Shown piece by piece: positions 11,280-23,401 of a DNA stretch of 64,000 nucleotides. The first letter of the stretch is position 1. Every line of letters begins with the position of its first letter. The DNA is from Trypanosoma brucei (taxonomy: Eukaryota): assembly GCA_000002445.1 (NCBI GenBank), contig CP000068.1, positions 960,001 through 1,024,000 on the forward strand, read 5' to 3'. Below the pieces are notes generated by a model. It had not been told where the DNA came from. It saw nothing but the letters and a program-made list of their open reading frames with translations, and made no database searches. The position numbers and the translations under genes were made by a program.

Positions 11280-12899
11280 CTTGTTGTCCTTCTTTTTTCC
11301 TTCTTTTCTCCCTTTATTGTTATTACTATTATCCTACTGCTTCTTAATTTATTTTACCCGCTTGCTTATATACCGCTACTTTTCCTCTTCTTGTAACTTC
11401 TAAAAGTTTTTATTTAGTTATTATTTTTTTTTTGCGGTCCCCGCACACGCTCACCCCCCAAACACCGGTGTCAATACGGAAAAAAAAAGAAAAAGAAATG
11501 GGGAAATTTTTGTAATGGTACATTTATTCGACCGGTTGTTTCTTGAAACCACTGCTTCCTTTTTCTTCCTTTTTAGTAACATTCCCCTTCACATCCGCAA
11601 CTCTTTTCTTTTCTTTTGATGACATTCCACATATATATATATATATATCGGGTAACGTTACTTCTGAATGTATTGCAGAGAGGTGTGTGTGTGATTACGC
11701 CTTGCATTGAAGTGCAGAAACCAACTCGTCGAGTGAGTTAATAATTATGACAATAATAATGATAATAAATAGTAATGATAATATAATTCAAATATGCGTT
11801 AAGAAAATAATGTCATAAATAAATAATTATATATATATGTATACTTATGTAGATGAAGTAGACCTTCTTTTAATGGACTACAACTCCCCCCACCCCCCCC
11901 AAAAAAAACGAATCAAAAAAAAAGGATTAAAAAATATTGGTGATGAGAGCTGACAACTTTGTTCCCATCATTACCACAGATTCCGTTTATTTCCCTTCTT
12001 TTTTTTCTTTTCCCCTTCCTCCTCTTCTCTACGGCCGTTTTTAATATTCATATATTTGACATTAGCTGTTTTTAGTTGTAACGAAACCAATTGGAGAAAG
12101 CGGAAAGTAAGGAAACAAAAACGCAAAGGGGAATAAAGAAATACAAATGCTAGAAAAGAAATCGTACGAAGAAGGGGGGAGGCTTAAAAATAAAACAAAC
12201 AAACAAACATGCAAACAAGTAAAAATGACATCGTCTTACAAAAATGGGGAAAGGGGAAAAAATAAAAATTTAAACAAGCCGACTCATGGAAACAATTTAC
12301 AGTTTATCGTGCATGGACATGTTTATCTGCAGAATAAAGTAAAATAAAATAAAAACAACGGTAACGACAACGTCAAAAGAGAAAAAAATAAAAAAAAATA
12401 GGGCAATTCATCCAGTCAGATAGGAATCCCACCGCATTCACTCTGTTGAATACAAATAAATATTTTTAAAAAAAACCGTTATTTATTTATATTTTTTATA
12501 TTTTAAGAGTCGTGACACACGGGTTAATAGGAGGAACAAATAAGTCAAAACATAACGTAGCAACACATTCAAATTTACACCAAAGGAAAACAAAACAGAA
12601 AAAAAATCAAAAATAAAAGAAGACAAGAATCAAGGAATCGTGTTGCAATTCGGATTTTTACAAGAGATATAACAAAATAATATACGTAAAGAAAACAAAC
12701 TTTTATCTGTCCTTTGCACTTTAGTAAAATTGCTTAGTCAATTGCTTGGCTGTTGGTAAAAATAAAAATAAAAAAACAAATTAGTGAATTAATGAATTAG
12801 AAACTGCAGCACGGAAATATAAAGGTGGACCTCTGCGTTTCACTCTTCTCTTTTTTTATTTCAATTTCGTGTGCCGACTCGAAAAAAAAAATCCACATA

Positions 12900-12943
<44 letters not shown>

Positions 12944-12986
12944 TTTTTTCTGCTTTCACTTCCATCAATGAACACGAAATGAGATA

Positions 12987-13053
<67 letters not shown>

Positions 13054-14406
13054 ATAAGGGGAGGGATAAAATAATAGCAAAAGTTATCATCACTATAACG
13101 ATAGATAACAAAAAAAACTATCTTTAAAAGCGTAACCAAACACAACCACACACCTGCATTCGTAACTGTACTGTAATGACAGATAAATCAATGGAAATGG
13201 ACGGTAGAAGTTGAACCAAAACTTAGGACAGAAATCAAAAAGTTTAAGTGAATGGTAAAATAGCAAAGACAAAAGAGAAAACACGCGAGAGGAATGAACA
13301 ACACCACAAACCAAAAATACAATAAAAAAATAAAAAGAGAAGAAATGAGTGAAACAAATGGGGGTAATAAAAAGCGTTTTTTTTAAATTTTGCGGCTGCT
13401 GACACATTAAAAGTTCTCATTCTCTCCGTCTCACACACAAGCGTACGATAATAATTTCCTCCTCTCGAATGGAAGACGTTTAAAAACACGCTAAAAATAA
13501 AATGAATGTGTCGCAAACGTGATGCACCGGATTGGGGAGAAGTATTGAAACAAATGCGTGATAAATATTTGCAGAGATAAAAAAAAATGATAGAAACCTG
13601 TTCCCTTTGACTTTTTTTTCCCCTTCCCCACCCTGTATTCCACTATTTGTTTTCTTTGTGCGGCTTTGGTGTTGTCCGCCTATTGCCGTTTTATTCTCTT
13701 TATTTCTTTGCGTATATATCTATCCTCCTTTCCCTTCTTCCTAAACCGCCTGGTTAGGGGAGACACTCCGCTGGCATCAAAAACAAAATAGAGTCAAGCG
13801 GAGCATGGAGGGAAAAGGAAAAGAAAAACAACAACAACACCTTCGTGTTATTGTTTCACTCATAACTTTTGCGTAGGGAATGGTAGAAAGGAATAAATGT
13901 ATATTTTAATAAAGGAGCGAAGGGGGAAAGCAAAAGCAAAACAAAGGAAAAATACAGACAAAAAAGGAATTTAAAACAGAAAAAATTGAACAATACGTAT
14001 TGATTTCTTTCGGGTTGTCACGTTTTGTCTGATTTCTCTTCCGACACCCGTGTTTTTATGTAACCAAATACGGGTAGGAGAATAAAAACAAGAAATATAT
14101 AAAGAAAATAATGATAAGGAAGGAGGGATAGAGCGATAAGGGTACAACATACACCTTATTTTCTTTCCTTTCATCCGCTAACTTAAGCGAACGTACCGGT
14201 AGATCATTCGACCGATTCCTTGTTTGTTTTTTCGCTTGTGCCTCCTCCCTCCCCCCCCCCCATACACACATCACCCACAAAACACCGTACATCACACGCC
14301 GTGCATCCAACCACATTAAAAACATGGAGACAAGATAGAAAAGAAAAACAAACAAACAAAAACCAGAAGAACACTGAGAGACTACCAGACACACACACAC
14401 AGTCGA
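11280..14406. other. 3.1 kb AT-rich intergenic/UTR region with multiple long (TA)n arrays
   Basis: No protein-like ORF. Extreme A/T skew and microsatellites. Probably a long 3' UTR of the upstream - strand gene plus the processing signals for eIF2-beta. Confidence 0.5.
12989..13051. repeat. (TA)~31 microsatellite; second (TA)n block at 12911-12940
   Basis: Read directly from the sequence. Confidence 0.95.
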
Positions 14407-15507
14407 TTACGTGGGACCAAATAAGGGAAAGAAACTATAGGAACCTTCGCCACCACTCCATGAATTATCTTTAAAACAAGACTGCGAGAAAGGTGACGAC
14501 AACCTCAGATGCGGCTCCACGTCGCATTGGGGTGCAAACGTTGGCACAAGTGGCCGAAAAGATGACTCCCGCCATGTCATTTCCCGCCCCACGCCTTTGG
14601 GTTTTGTAGGAGTTTTAGGTGCCATTGGCTTCAGATGAGGTGAACCCGCCGCAACTACGTTTAAAACGTTGGGACTCAGCTGCTTCAGGCGCCGTGGGTT
14701 AGTAGGGGGTGGGATCGATTTAATCGTGTTCATTTGTATCGACAGTTGTTGAAGTTCAACAGTTTTTCGGCCCAAGCAACACGTGATGATCGACGTGGAA
14801 AGAAGTCTCGATTTGTTGGAATCGCTAACCAACACCAAATGATCCGATACGTCAAGTTTGTGAGTTTCACGAGCAGGAGAGCGCGCCGGTGGACTCCTTG
14901 TCACTTCCTGTACGTCCTTCACACCTTCTTTCGCATTGGCAAACAACCCCCAAGCACTCGGGCCACTCCAGTCGCGCAGTTGTGACTCCGTTGAAGGCAT
15001 CGCAACTTCACTTTGCCACCGCGATTGTAGCTGACGATCCCCCCGAGTTTGCACTTCCAGGAGAGAAGGAAGGTGAAGTGGAGCCACTACGGGGGATTTT
15101 TTTTGAGCGAGTTCATTCGCAAATGCATACGTCCCCCAGGAGCAGACGGTTGACTCTGCGCTCCGGATTTTGCTCTCACGACGGCTCCTCCCTATTCTTG
15201 GTGAGGTTAAAGGACCACGGGAATTGGATGTGCTTGTCCTCGTTGTTGAATGCGTTTCACGTGTCGTTAGTGTCGGTAACTTCATTCCCGCTAATCCTTT
15301 CCATGATTTTGAATCAGCGCTCTTCTCATCTACGCTGCTCAAACGGGGCAGCAGAAACCGCGATCGACTACCCCTTTCGTTGAAGTTGGAACCCGCGTCG
15401 CAGGAAATACATGCCGTTCTTCTGCGTGTGTGTGTATTCTTCTGCCTTCCAGTGTCATCGGTTGTATTGGGCGTGTCTGTGGGGTTTGCATTCACAAAAT
15501 TTTTCAT
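14407..15507 (-). CDS. hypothetical Ser/Thr/Pro-rich protein
   Basis: The track start at 15567 is GTG. The first ATG is at 15507 (cat at 15505-15507). It is longer than the overlapping antisense ORFs and follows the PTU polarity. Confidence 0.45.
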   Translation of the reverse strand: MKNFVNANPTDTPNTTDDTGRQKNTHTRRRTACISCDAGSNFNERGSRSRFLLPRLSSVDEKSADSKSWKGLAGMKLPTLTTRETHSTTRTSTSNSRGPLTSPRIGRSRRESKIRSAESTVCSWGTYAFANELAQKKSPVVAPLHLPSLLEVQTRGDRQLQSRWQSEVAMPSTESQLRDWSGPSAWGLFANAKEGVKDVQEVTRSPPARSPARETHKLDVSDHLVLVSDSNKSRLLSTSIITCCLGRKTVELQQLSIQMNTIKSIPPPTNPRRLKQLSPNVLNVVAAGSPHLKPMAPKTPTKPKGVGREMTWRESSFRPLVPTFAPQCDVEPHLRLSSPFSQSCFKDNSWSGGEGSYSFFPLFGPT

Positions 15508-16449
15508 CTCCTCCCTCGGGAAAGATTCTATATCACACCTCCGGTGATGTGTCCAGCAGCAAAACACTGAACTGTTTTCCAGAAGTTTTGGTTTTCAGCC
15601 CACGCCACCGCTTGTAATACAAGACCTCGGGTCTACTCAGAATAATTCTTTCGGCTTACCCCTGTTGCACGACTCACCTCCTCCTTGCCACAGTGGAGTT
15701 ACGCTTTAACCTCTTTCTTTTATTTTCCTTCTCTCGTGCTGTTGTTGCCTTTTTTTTTTTAGTGCACCGGCCAATGCGCATACACTTCTATATATTACGT
15801 ACAAATACCGTTTGCACTCAACAAAATGCCACAAAGCCCAACTCCTTTACTTTAACAGAAACCCCACTTCTTTTTTTCTTTTTAATGTATAAATAAAGTG
15901 GTCCAGGTATTCTGGCTATTATTACAACTTATTGTCCACCTTTATAATTTTATGTCTTCACCCTATGTACTTCACGCCCCCCTTTTTGTCTTTTTAGTTT
16001 TCTTAACTCCCGTTTCAGGTGACAAAAAGAGACGAAGCCAATCTCCCTTGGCGATATCTTCTCCACAAAGATATATTTCACTCCCTTTTGTTTCCTTCCC
16101 CACTCCCTTTGGAGCCACTCGGCGGATTTTAAAAGATCGCCCCTGCAGCTGTGGAGAGTCTAATAACAGTGGAGGTGATGCTGTAATCACAATGTAAAGG
16201 GTATCGTCCAGAAGAGGAGGGAGAAAAGAAATAAACAAATAAATAACGGAGCCGTTACGATTAGGAGGTTGAGAACAAGAGAGCAGTAAGTAACGTTATG
16301 AGTTGGGTCACAATGGCACAAGAGAGAAAAAAAGTTAACAACCGTTAGACTCCTACTGATGTGTATGTACGCGCGTGTTTGCGTACGCGTACGTGATGCA
16401 GTGACGCGTGGTAGATGCGGAAGCAAATAAAATGAATGACTGCAGTTCG

Positions 16450-17100
16450 TTACTCCTCTCCTGAAGGTGGGGGAGGCGGGCGCATGGCTTTGTCTTCCTC
16501 CCGTATTTCCACACGATACTCTGCTGAGCTGCGCTGCTGCTGCCAGTGATGGCGTCCACTAGTTGGTCCCAAACCACGTTGTTGGTGAAGGTACTCCCGT
16601 CCCGGTTGCACGTCCTGAAAATGTTGAAACTGCTGCCGACTTAACTCGGGGTCGTAAACTTCCTCCATATATGTTGCCACGTCTTGTCCGGTATCGCGTG
16701 GGATGCCCATGCTGTCGTACTCGTACGTGTGTGTCCGGGTAAAGTTATGGTGCTTCTCAAGCACATATATCGCACGCCGGGCCTCTTCAATACACTCGTC
16801 GATAAGTAACTTTTCCGTGGCGGTCGCTCGTCGGCGGAAAGCAAAGCGGCAGTAGGCGATGAGGCTGCGACGGCGAACACTTTTGAAGTCCATAAGCCCC
16901 TTAATAATGTTGCGGTAGAGAAGCAACACGAGACTTTTGTGCTCTGGTGTTGGTGTGAATTCCCAAACCTCCCTTCGCGCATGAGGACGCGGTTTCACTT
17001 CTTGTTCTTCCTCCGGAGAATGCAGTTTCTGAGTCGGAATGAACTTCTGCCTCAACAGCGGGGTGGAAAATAATACACCTCGCCGCGTTATGGGCAACAT
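16450..17100 (-). CDS. LYR-motif (Complex1_LYR-like) family protein, probable mitochondrial
   Basis: ATG verified at 17100. The segment LVLLLYRNIIKGLMDFKSVRRRSLIAYCRFAFRRR fits the LYR tripeptide motif with a downstream Phe and basic residues. Confidence 0.45.
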   Translation of the reverse strand: MLPITRRGVLFSTPLLRQKFIPTQKLHSPEEEQEVKPRPHARREVWEFTPTPEHKSLVLLLYRNIIKGLMDFKSVRRRSLIAYCRFAFRRRATATEKLLIDECIEEARRAIYVLEKHHNFTRTHTYEYDSMGIPRDTGQDVATYMEEVYDPELSRQQFQHFQDVQPGREYLHQQRGLGPTSGRHHWQQQRSSAEYRVEIREEDKAMRPPPPPSGEE

Positions 17101-18472
17101 CCGCCGTCCTCCTAAGAGACGGAATACAAATAAGACAATCCTATGTGGTTCTCCTTGTGTACTGCCGCGTCCTCTAGCCGCTTACACTAACATACACAAC
17201 CACTGGTCGCTGTGTAGGTTACTTCGCGTAATAGTGATAGGAAGGAAGGAATAAAATACGCACACATCAACACACGCACATAAATTGGCACCACGTAACG
17301 GCGCAAATCTTGCCGTTAAAACGTAACGAGGTTTCCGGAACAATATAAGATGACCCTCAACTGCACGTTAACACGCAAATGTAAATACACTTGCGCACAA
17401 CAACATCCCCAATAAAGAGAGAGAGATAGAGTGGTGGGGAAACAGAAAAAGGGACACACAGAAAATTATAGAGCAACGATACAGAAAGGAAACCACAAAT
17501 TAAAACATAGCGAGCCAAAATCTCCCTCTAGGAGGGAACAAAGGGACGGAGGCACGTGTTAGGAACACGCACCAGCAAGTGACCATCATGTCGTCGGTGA
17601 TTTCTCTACAAACCTCCAACCTATACACATTCACACGACGTTTCCAACATTGGAACTTAAAACCAACCACGAAGGAGGGAAGCGCAGGTGTCATTTGCAG
17701 TATAATCACGTCTCACGAGAACCTGAACGTTTTATCCCTCGAACTTCATTTATTATTTGTTGATTGAAAACGAAGTACCATCAAAAAACTTCCACCATAT
17801 ATAAATGCACACATATATATTATATATAAAAACATACGAATATATAGATTTTTTACAGCAATTTCCCCTTCCTTCCTTGCTTTGAAGGGTGCATAGATTC
17901 TATTTTTTCCCCTCTTCCCTCTTGCATGAAAAAGAACCACAAAATCGTATATGACGCACAAACACTTCCTAACACTGTGTACCTGTGTTTCCACCCCCCC
18001 CTCACAAATCACAGAGTACTTCACCAAATCTCACGTTTGTTTTGTTTTCTCCGTTTTTTTTTAAAAAAATCCTCCGCCTTACATACACTACTTTTTCTCA
18101 CTGTCCTCTCCATCTAAGCACATGTTTTAATCTTTTAATTTTACTCTCTCTCTCTCTCTCTCTCTTTGTCTCCATGTACACGCTGACTACACTACTCTGT
18201 TGACTGATGAGTCCAACCAAACAGCATCTCTAACGTTCTGTCTCTTTTCTTTTTACGCGAGAACATCCCACACAGTGCCCTTAACTTCGCATGCACTACT
18301 CGTTCAATGACTTGCCCCTTTTCAATCTGTTTACCCAGTTTCACACAATCTGCTTTAATACCAAGTGACAAACTCATGTTCAGTACAAAAAAAACACACA
18401 CACACACACACACACACATATGTAGCATCATCGAGAGCAACAAGTATGGTACAGCAACGACACTCACAACTC

Positions 18473-21400
18473 TTAAAGCTCCTGGACATTACTGAAGAAG
18501 GGGCTATTAGGGTTGAATTGAACATGCGTTGCCTCAAAGTTTTCACCCACAACCTCAAAACAATGCATTGCCATTTTTGCAGTTAGCCGCTTGTCGGGAT
18601 CGGTCACCAGTAGTGATAGAACGAAACTAGCAAATTCCAGCGAATAGTTTCGCGCCAGGATGTCGTTCATCACCATGGCAGCAAAACCCTCCCGTTCGGC
18701 CTCCTCGTACATCAGACGCACCGTCTGTACCGTTACACGGGCTGTTGCAAGAGCATACAGCACGCAACCGAGGCTCCACAAGTCGCTTGCTGTAGAGGTT
18801 TGACCAACCCAACACTCCGGTGCAATGTACGGTCGTGTGCCACCTCCTCGCCCCATCTTGCGGCGCCCCTCTAGCACAAAAGCAAGGCCAAAGTCCGTTA
18901 CAACAATAGGAATGATATCTGCTGTAATTCTCGTTGGGCAACCACCGCGACTGGTGGACCGCGGTGACTTTCCCCTTTCCTTCGGCGTTTCGTCAAACAC
19001 CTCAACTGCAACGGCAAGCGGAGAGGTAACGTCTTTCCCCTCCTTGCTTCCACCTTCCCTGTTGCAACCGTGATGAGATTTGCTGCCCCCATGCTCATGG
19101 CGCGAGCTCCCACTGCAGTCAAGGGGATTCCCACGAATAAGGATATTTTCGGGCTTAAGATCGCGGTGTACTATAGGCGGGCGCTGCGAGTGCAAGTGGT
19201 GAAGAACCGAAGAAAGTTGGTATGCAATTGAGAGTAGTTGCGGCTCCGTGAAGGGGTTTTCGCGCATCACAAACATGTCCTCCAGTTTCTTGTATATGTC
19301 ATTCATACCACTGCCACAGTTACTAGTGGAAGCCGCACCTACTCTACGGTCGGGTGCTGCGGCTCGCCCACATGGCGATGAACCGCAAGAGTCTTCTCCA
19401 CAAAACAACCTCGGCGCAGTGACTTCTGGAGGGAGAAGCGGGCTTTGACTGTTAGAGGAAATTAGACGCACCCCGTCCGAAGTATCCTCATCTCGTTTAT
19501 TAAGTTTTTCTTCATATGCACATGCTGCTTGCAGCTTTTCCCTCTCTAGTTGGGAGCGAACCTTGGGGTTATGGGTAGCGGAGTGTCGCATAGCGTAACC
19601 ACAGAGGTCACCAAGCGGATGATACTCCATGACAAGTCCTAGATAGCGGCTATGAGCTAGTCCTTGGTCCGGTGATGGCTGTGAAGAACGTTCCCTCACT
19701 TCAGCCACTGGTTTGAGTGGTGAGTGGCAGAGTGAAGCTGGAGGTACATTATCATTCGTTGGTAATATAACAACTCCATTTCCCATTGAGTATGGCTGTC
19801 TCCCCGGTGTTTGTGTGCCGTCCACCCTATGGTTGGTGTTAGTCACGGCACCAAGCGAGTGAGAACAAACATTGTTTCGGCCTCTTTCACTACGTTGAAC
19901 CTGCTGCCCCATCAGTGACGGTTGATATGTCGCCACTGTTTGCAAAGATGACACGCGACCCTCCCTTCCAATGTGGCCACCTAAAATACTAGAAGTGTCA
20001 ATTTCTGCAGTCAACACTTTAGTTGAGCTATTCCTCTGGAGGCGAGCTGCACGCACGGCGTCTGCGACCGACTTCGGTTTGGACATCGCCGGCACCGAAC
20101 AATGCGTAGGTGCGCAGGCGCATAAGTCCTCCGCCACAAAGTTGGTGTATTGCACACTTCCGGCGGCCGGTTGCACGTAATTGGGTAATGTGGGTGTTGG
20201 CGGTAATGCCGGTTGTGGACATCTGGCGACACCAGAAGCAGATATTGCGATATCGAAGTCCTTGTAGTGTATTCCACCCCGTGGAGCATAGCTTGTTCTC
20301 TTTGAAGTGGTAAGTGATTCGCCCTCCTGCTGTTGCTGCTCGCACTGGTCGTTGTTTTCGCCCTGTTGTTGTTGTTGAACTATAGGGGACGGCATTGGTT
20401 CCGTGGGTTGCGCAAAGTTGGGGTAGTGAACCACGATGGCTTGCTGTCGGGCTGGTGTAGTTAGCTGCGATGGTGTACCTACGGTCCTTACTGCTACAGT
20501 TGCCGAGTTCCCCTCTGCTCCAACAGCACTGGACGTGGTTAAACGGGTCGGTGCATTTGGCGGTGATGTTTCATGCACATCAGGAGGAGGCTGTGCGTGG
20601 TTTGAAGACCGTACACTTCCACAATGTGTTGACACCGAGGCAGCAGATGCTGATGGAGGAGGTGCAGTGGAGACCAGATTGTCCTCTTTACTCCGCTTGC
20701 CGATCGACGGTGGTGGCATATAAGACACTTCATCCGTACCTTTAGCCGTGTGTGATCTCGCAGGATCTGTGATATCGACCTTCTGAGGTTCAGCCAACGG
20801 TTTCTGACTTGCCGGCACTTCAGGTATATTACGTTTTTCTCCATGCGGTCCCGCAGGTGCACGCGGGATACCTGCATCCAACAGAGGTGCGTCGAGGCGC
20901 GAACAATTTATTTCCTTCGATGCAAACGCACAAGATCCTCGCTTCGGCTGAAAAACATATGGAGATGTCATCGCATGCGCCAAGAAGGCCTGTGGTGTTG
21001 AAGGAGATTCATTACCACCTGTAAACTCATAATTCATGAACATTTCCACAATTCGTATAATGTTTGGGTGGCCCTGCAGGGAGTTAATTGTTTCACACTC
21101 CCTTAGTGCGTCTAAGCGTTCTTTGTTATCTCTGCACACAAGGTATTTGAGAGCGAACTGCTGTTTGCTGCGTCTATGCTTGACCAAATATACAGACGAA
21201 AATGCACCTTCTCCAATACGTCGTACCACCTCGTAGCGCGAGTCCCGTGTAGTGTTCTTTACCACCATATCCATCTCTGTTCTGAAATTTGCACCATCCC
21301 CAGCAATTCTTAGATTCCGCGGAGTTGCAGCCGACCCACTTGCGGCTTCGGCAACTTTCCTCCTATGGCTTCTATCTGGTTCTGCCACGAACTGCCTTCT

Positions 21401-23401
21401 CCCGCCTGCCCTTTTGGGAGATATTCTGCTACCAATTGTCTTTCTCTCTTCCTTCGCAAGAAGATGTACAGTATAGTCCCCATCGGGTCCCCCAGCGGTT
21501 ACAGGACGAGAAATTACCGTTGTTGTCACCACCACCACGATAAGACCAGCGAGGCAAGTGGTAAAGACGCCAATAGTGTACAGAAGTTTGCGGTTTAGAC
21601 CTTCCTGGGGTTGCGGAGTCACCTCATGATGAATTCTGAACGGCGTGAAGGTGACCGGAGTATAGAGAAGAGACATTTCTACCGCTGCAGGGCAACCTCT
21701 GTCCACACAAGGGAGAGGTACAAAACCATTGGCAAAGCACACGAAAACACGCGTTGCCTCACCCATTGGGTAGAACACCGCCACCGTCGCTTCGTCCTCT
21801 TGCTGGAATACTTGTGCGTCCGTAGTCCCCGCCACGTTATCCGTACAGCGGACATTACTAGACAACCGCACAAATCCGCTGCGGGGTGGCCGCAAGGTGA
21901 GGTTAAGCGGGACACCAACGGGTATTACAGCACGCACCTCAGCTACGCTTGTGACCGCAACATCACTCGCACGGTAGAAGAGACGAGTGGAAGCCGTACC
22001 ATCAGCATCGAAACCACCAATATTAAAGAACACCATGGTTGCACCAAGAAGTCCAGTTGAGAGTGGGAAAGCAAAGGGTGTTGATATCTCAGTTGGAAGT
22101 GGGCTTCTACCGCCAATCAGCGGTTCCCACATATCTGGGCTGCTATCATTTCCGTTGTTGGGATTTGTGTGGTTGAAAAGTTTCTCAATGTCGAGGCAAT
22201 TGACGAAACTACTATTCATCATAACGCACAACCTACCGTTGAAGGCAAACATATGCCTTTTTTGAGGACTGGGAATGCTCAGTTCCATGTTACATGGCAC
22301 ACCAGGTATAAGAGACAAGGAAAGGGACGCACTAGTTTTGCTACTGTTGTCGTCATTTACAAGCGGATCACTTTCAACAAGCATAACAACCTGCACTGCG
22401 GGTGTAGGACACCACAAACCCACGGAAGATACTTCACCGGAATTGTCTGTCGCATTGACCCATTTGTGCCCCTCTGAGCACTCGCGAAACAGTTCCGATT
22501 CCCGCTGCTCAAGGGGCCCGTCATGATGCACCTCACCACCGACAACATACATAAGTGCGTTATCAAGTGTGACGAGCGGGTTTCGCACTGCCGTTGTGAG
22601 GTTGAAGATATCGGGATGGTACTGCCGTTTCTGTGTATCATACACATCCACAGTGCCAATAACTCCGCCCGTGTTCATATCAACTCCGCCCACGATGAAG
22701 AGTAAATGGCCATGTGAGGCACATGTAGCGTTGGCACGAAGTACTGTGCCCGCTGGTACACTGTCACCCACGCGCTCTTCCGCCTCTGCTCCCCTTGAGT
22801 CACTGACCCATGACTGTATGAGAAAGTGATCCACAACTTTGGTCATATCATTAGAGAGTGCCCATATGCTCGCGTACTGCTCCCTAACCAACGGGGACTG
22901 CGGAAACCCATCCCTCTCAGGGTAGTAATAACTGCAGGCACCAACAACATATACGCCCGAATTGTTTTGGTCATCAATATCATCTACCCGTACTGCACTC
23001 GTGGGGCCAGCCACCATAAGAGGTGTTGCATTCCCGTGTGCCCCACTACCAAGTCCTCGACCGCCCAGTTTGATGGGAAGTTCCATGTGCTGTGGCTCCG
23101 TTTGATCACTGGGGTCCACAATGTCAACGGCATTGACGCGCTGAGTACACGCAACATCTCTACAACCACCAATGATGACGAGGGAACCATTTAACCACAC
23201 AACGGCACTGTATGCTCGACCAATCGCCATTTCCGAGTCAAACGGTACCCATGAATCATCAGAATCCTTCAATGTACCATTGGTCGCGCGCCTAAGAGTT
23301 GAAGATTCTGCCTCACCCAACAGATAAACAACATTTGCGCCAAACAAAATTGTTACAAAAGCTACAAACACCAACATACAGAACAATGGCCGCACAACCA
23401 T
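18473..23401 (-). CDS. receptor-like protein kinase I: signal peptide, kelch-type beta-propeller-like ectodomain, single TM helix, ePK domain with ~450-aa low-complexity insert
   Basis: The track ORF reaches 23611, but its first codon is TTG and the next 69 codons read through a (TA)n/T9 tract. The first ATG is at 23401 (MVVRPLFCMLVFVAFVTILFG, a signal peptide). Repeated GG-containing propeller blades (IIGGCRD, FIVGGVDMNTGG, YVVGGEVHHDGP). TM LLYTIGVFTTCLAGLIVVVVTTTVI at about 21495-21570. Kinase motifs: GEGAFSSVY, ALKYL, HRDLKPENIL (~19165), VVTDFGLA (~18890), PYIAPECW. Confidence 0.85.
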   Translation of the reverse strand: MVVRPLFCMLVFVAFVTILFGANVVYLLGEAESSTLRRATNGTLKDSDDSWVPFDSEMAIGRAYSAVVWLNGSLVIIGGCRDVACTQRVNAVDIVDPSDQTEPQHMELPIKLGGRGLGSGAHGNATPLMVAGPTSAVRVDDIDDQNNSGVYVVGACSYYYPERDGFPQSPLVREQYASIWALSNDMTKVVDHFLIQSWVSDSRGAEAEERVGDSVPAGTVLRANATCASHGHLLFIVGGVDMNTGGVIGTVDVYDTQKRQYHPDIFNLTTAVRNPLVTLDNALMYVVGGEVHHDGPLEQRESELFRECSEGHKWVNATDNSGEVSSVGLWCPTPAVQVVMLVESDPLVNDDNSSKTSASLSLSLIPGVPCNMELSIPSPQKRHMFAFNGRLCVMMNSSFVNCLDIEKLFNHTNPNNGNDSSPDMWEPLIGGRSPLPTEISTPFAFPLSTGLLGATMVFFNIGGFDADGTASTRLFYRASDVAVTSVAEVRAVIPVGVPLNLTLRPPRSGFVRLSSNVRCTDNVAGTTDAQVFQQEDEATVAVFYPMGEATRVFVCFANGFVPLPCVDRGCPAAVEMSLLYTPVTFTPFRIHHEVTPQPQEGLNRKLLYTIGVFTTCLAGLIVVVVTTTVISRPVTAGGPDGDYTVHLLAKEERKTIGSRISPKRAGGRRQFVAEPDRSHRRKVAEAASGSAATPRNLRIAGDGANFRTEMDMVVKNTTRDSRYEVVRRIGEGAFSSVYLVKHRRSKQQFALKYLVCRDNKERLDALRECETINSLQGHPNIIRIVEMFMNYEFTGGNESPSTPQAFLAHAMTSPYVFQPKRGSCAFASKEINCSRLDAPLLDAGIPRAPAGPHGEKRNIPEVPASQKPLAEPQKVDITDPARSHTAKGTDEVSYMPPPSIGKRSKEDNLVSTAPPPSASAASVSTHCGSVRSSNHAQPPPDVHETSPPNAPTRLTTSSAVGAEGNSATVAVRTVGTPSQLTTPARQQAIVVHYPNFAQPTEPMPSPIVQQQQQGENNDQCEQQQQEGESLTTSKRTSYAPRGGIHYKDFDIAISASGVARCPQPALPPTPTLPNYVQPAAGSVQYTNFVAEDLCACAPTHCSVPAMSKPKSVADAVRAARLQRNSSTKVLTAEIDTSSILGGHIGREGRVSSLQTVATYQPSLMGQQVQRSERGRNNVCSHSLGAVTNTNHRVDGTQTPGRQPYSMGNGVVILPTNDNVPPASLCHSPLKPVAEVRERSSQPSPDQGLAHSRYLGLVMEYHPLGDLCGYAMRHSATHNPKVRSQLEREKLQAACAYEEKLNKRDEDTSDGVRLISSNSQSPLLPPEVTAPRLFCGEDSCGSSPCGRAAAPDRRVGAASTSNCGSGMNDIYKKLEDMFVMRENPFTEPQLLSIAYQLSSVLHHLHSQRPPIVHRDLKPENILIRGNPLDCSGSSRHEHGGSKSHHGCNREGGSKEGKDVTSPLAVAVEVFDETPKERGKSPRSTSRGGCPTRITADIIPIVVTDFGLAFVLEGRRKMGRGGGTRPYIAPECWVGQTSTASDLWSLGCVLYALATARVTVQTVRLMYEEAEREGFAAMVMNDILARNYSLEFASFVLSLLVTDPDKRLTAKMAMHCFEVVGENFEATHVQFNPNSPFFSNVQEL

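Noticed and set aside
14889-15547. Plus-strand ORFs 14889..15383 and 15170..15547 as alternative genes instead of the - strand 14407..15507 ORF
   Set aside because: They are shorter and overlapping, and their orientation breaks the PTU polarity. The - strand ORF is longer and has an ATG at 15507 with an upstream pyrimidine context. The confidence difference is modest.
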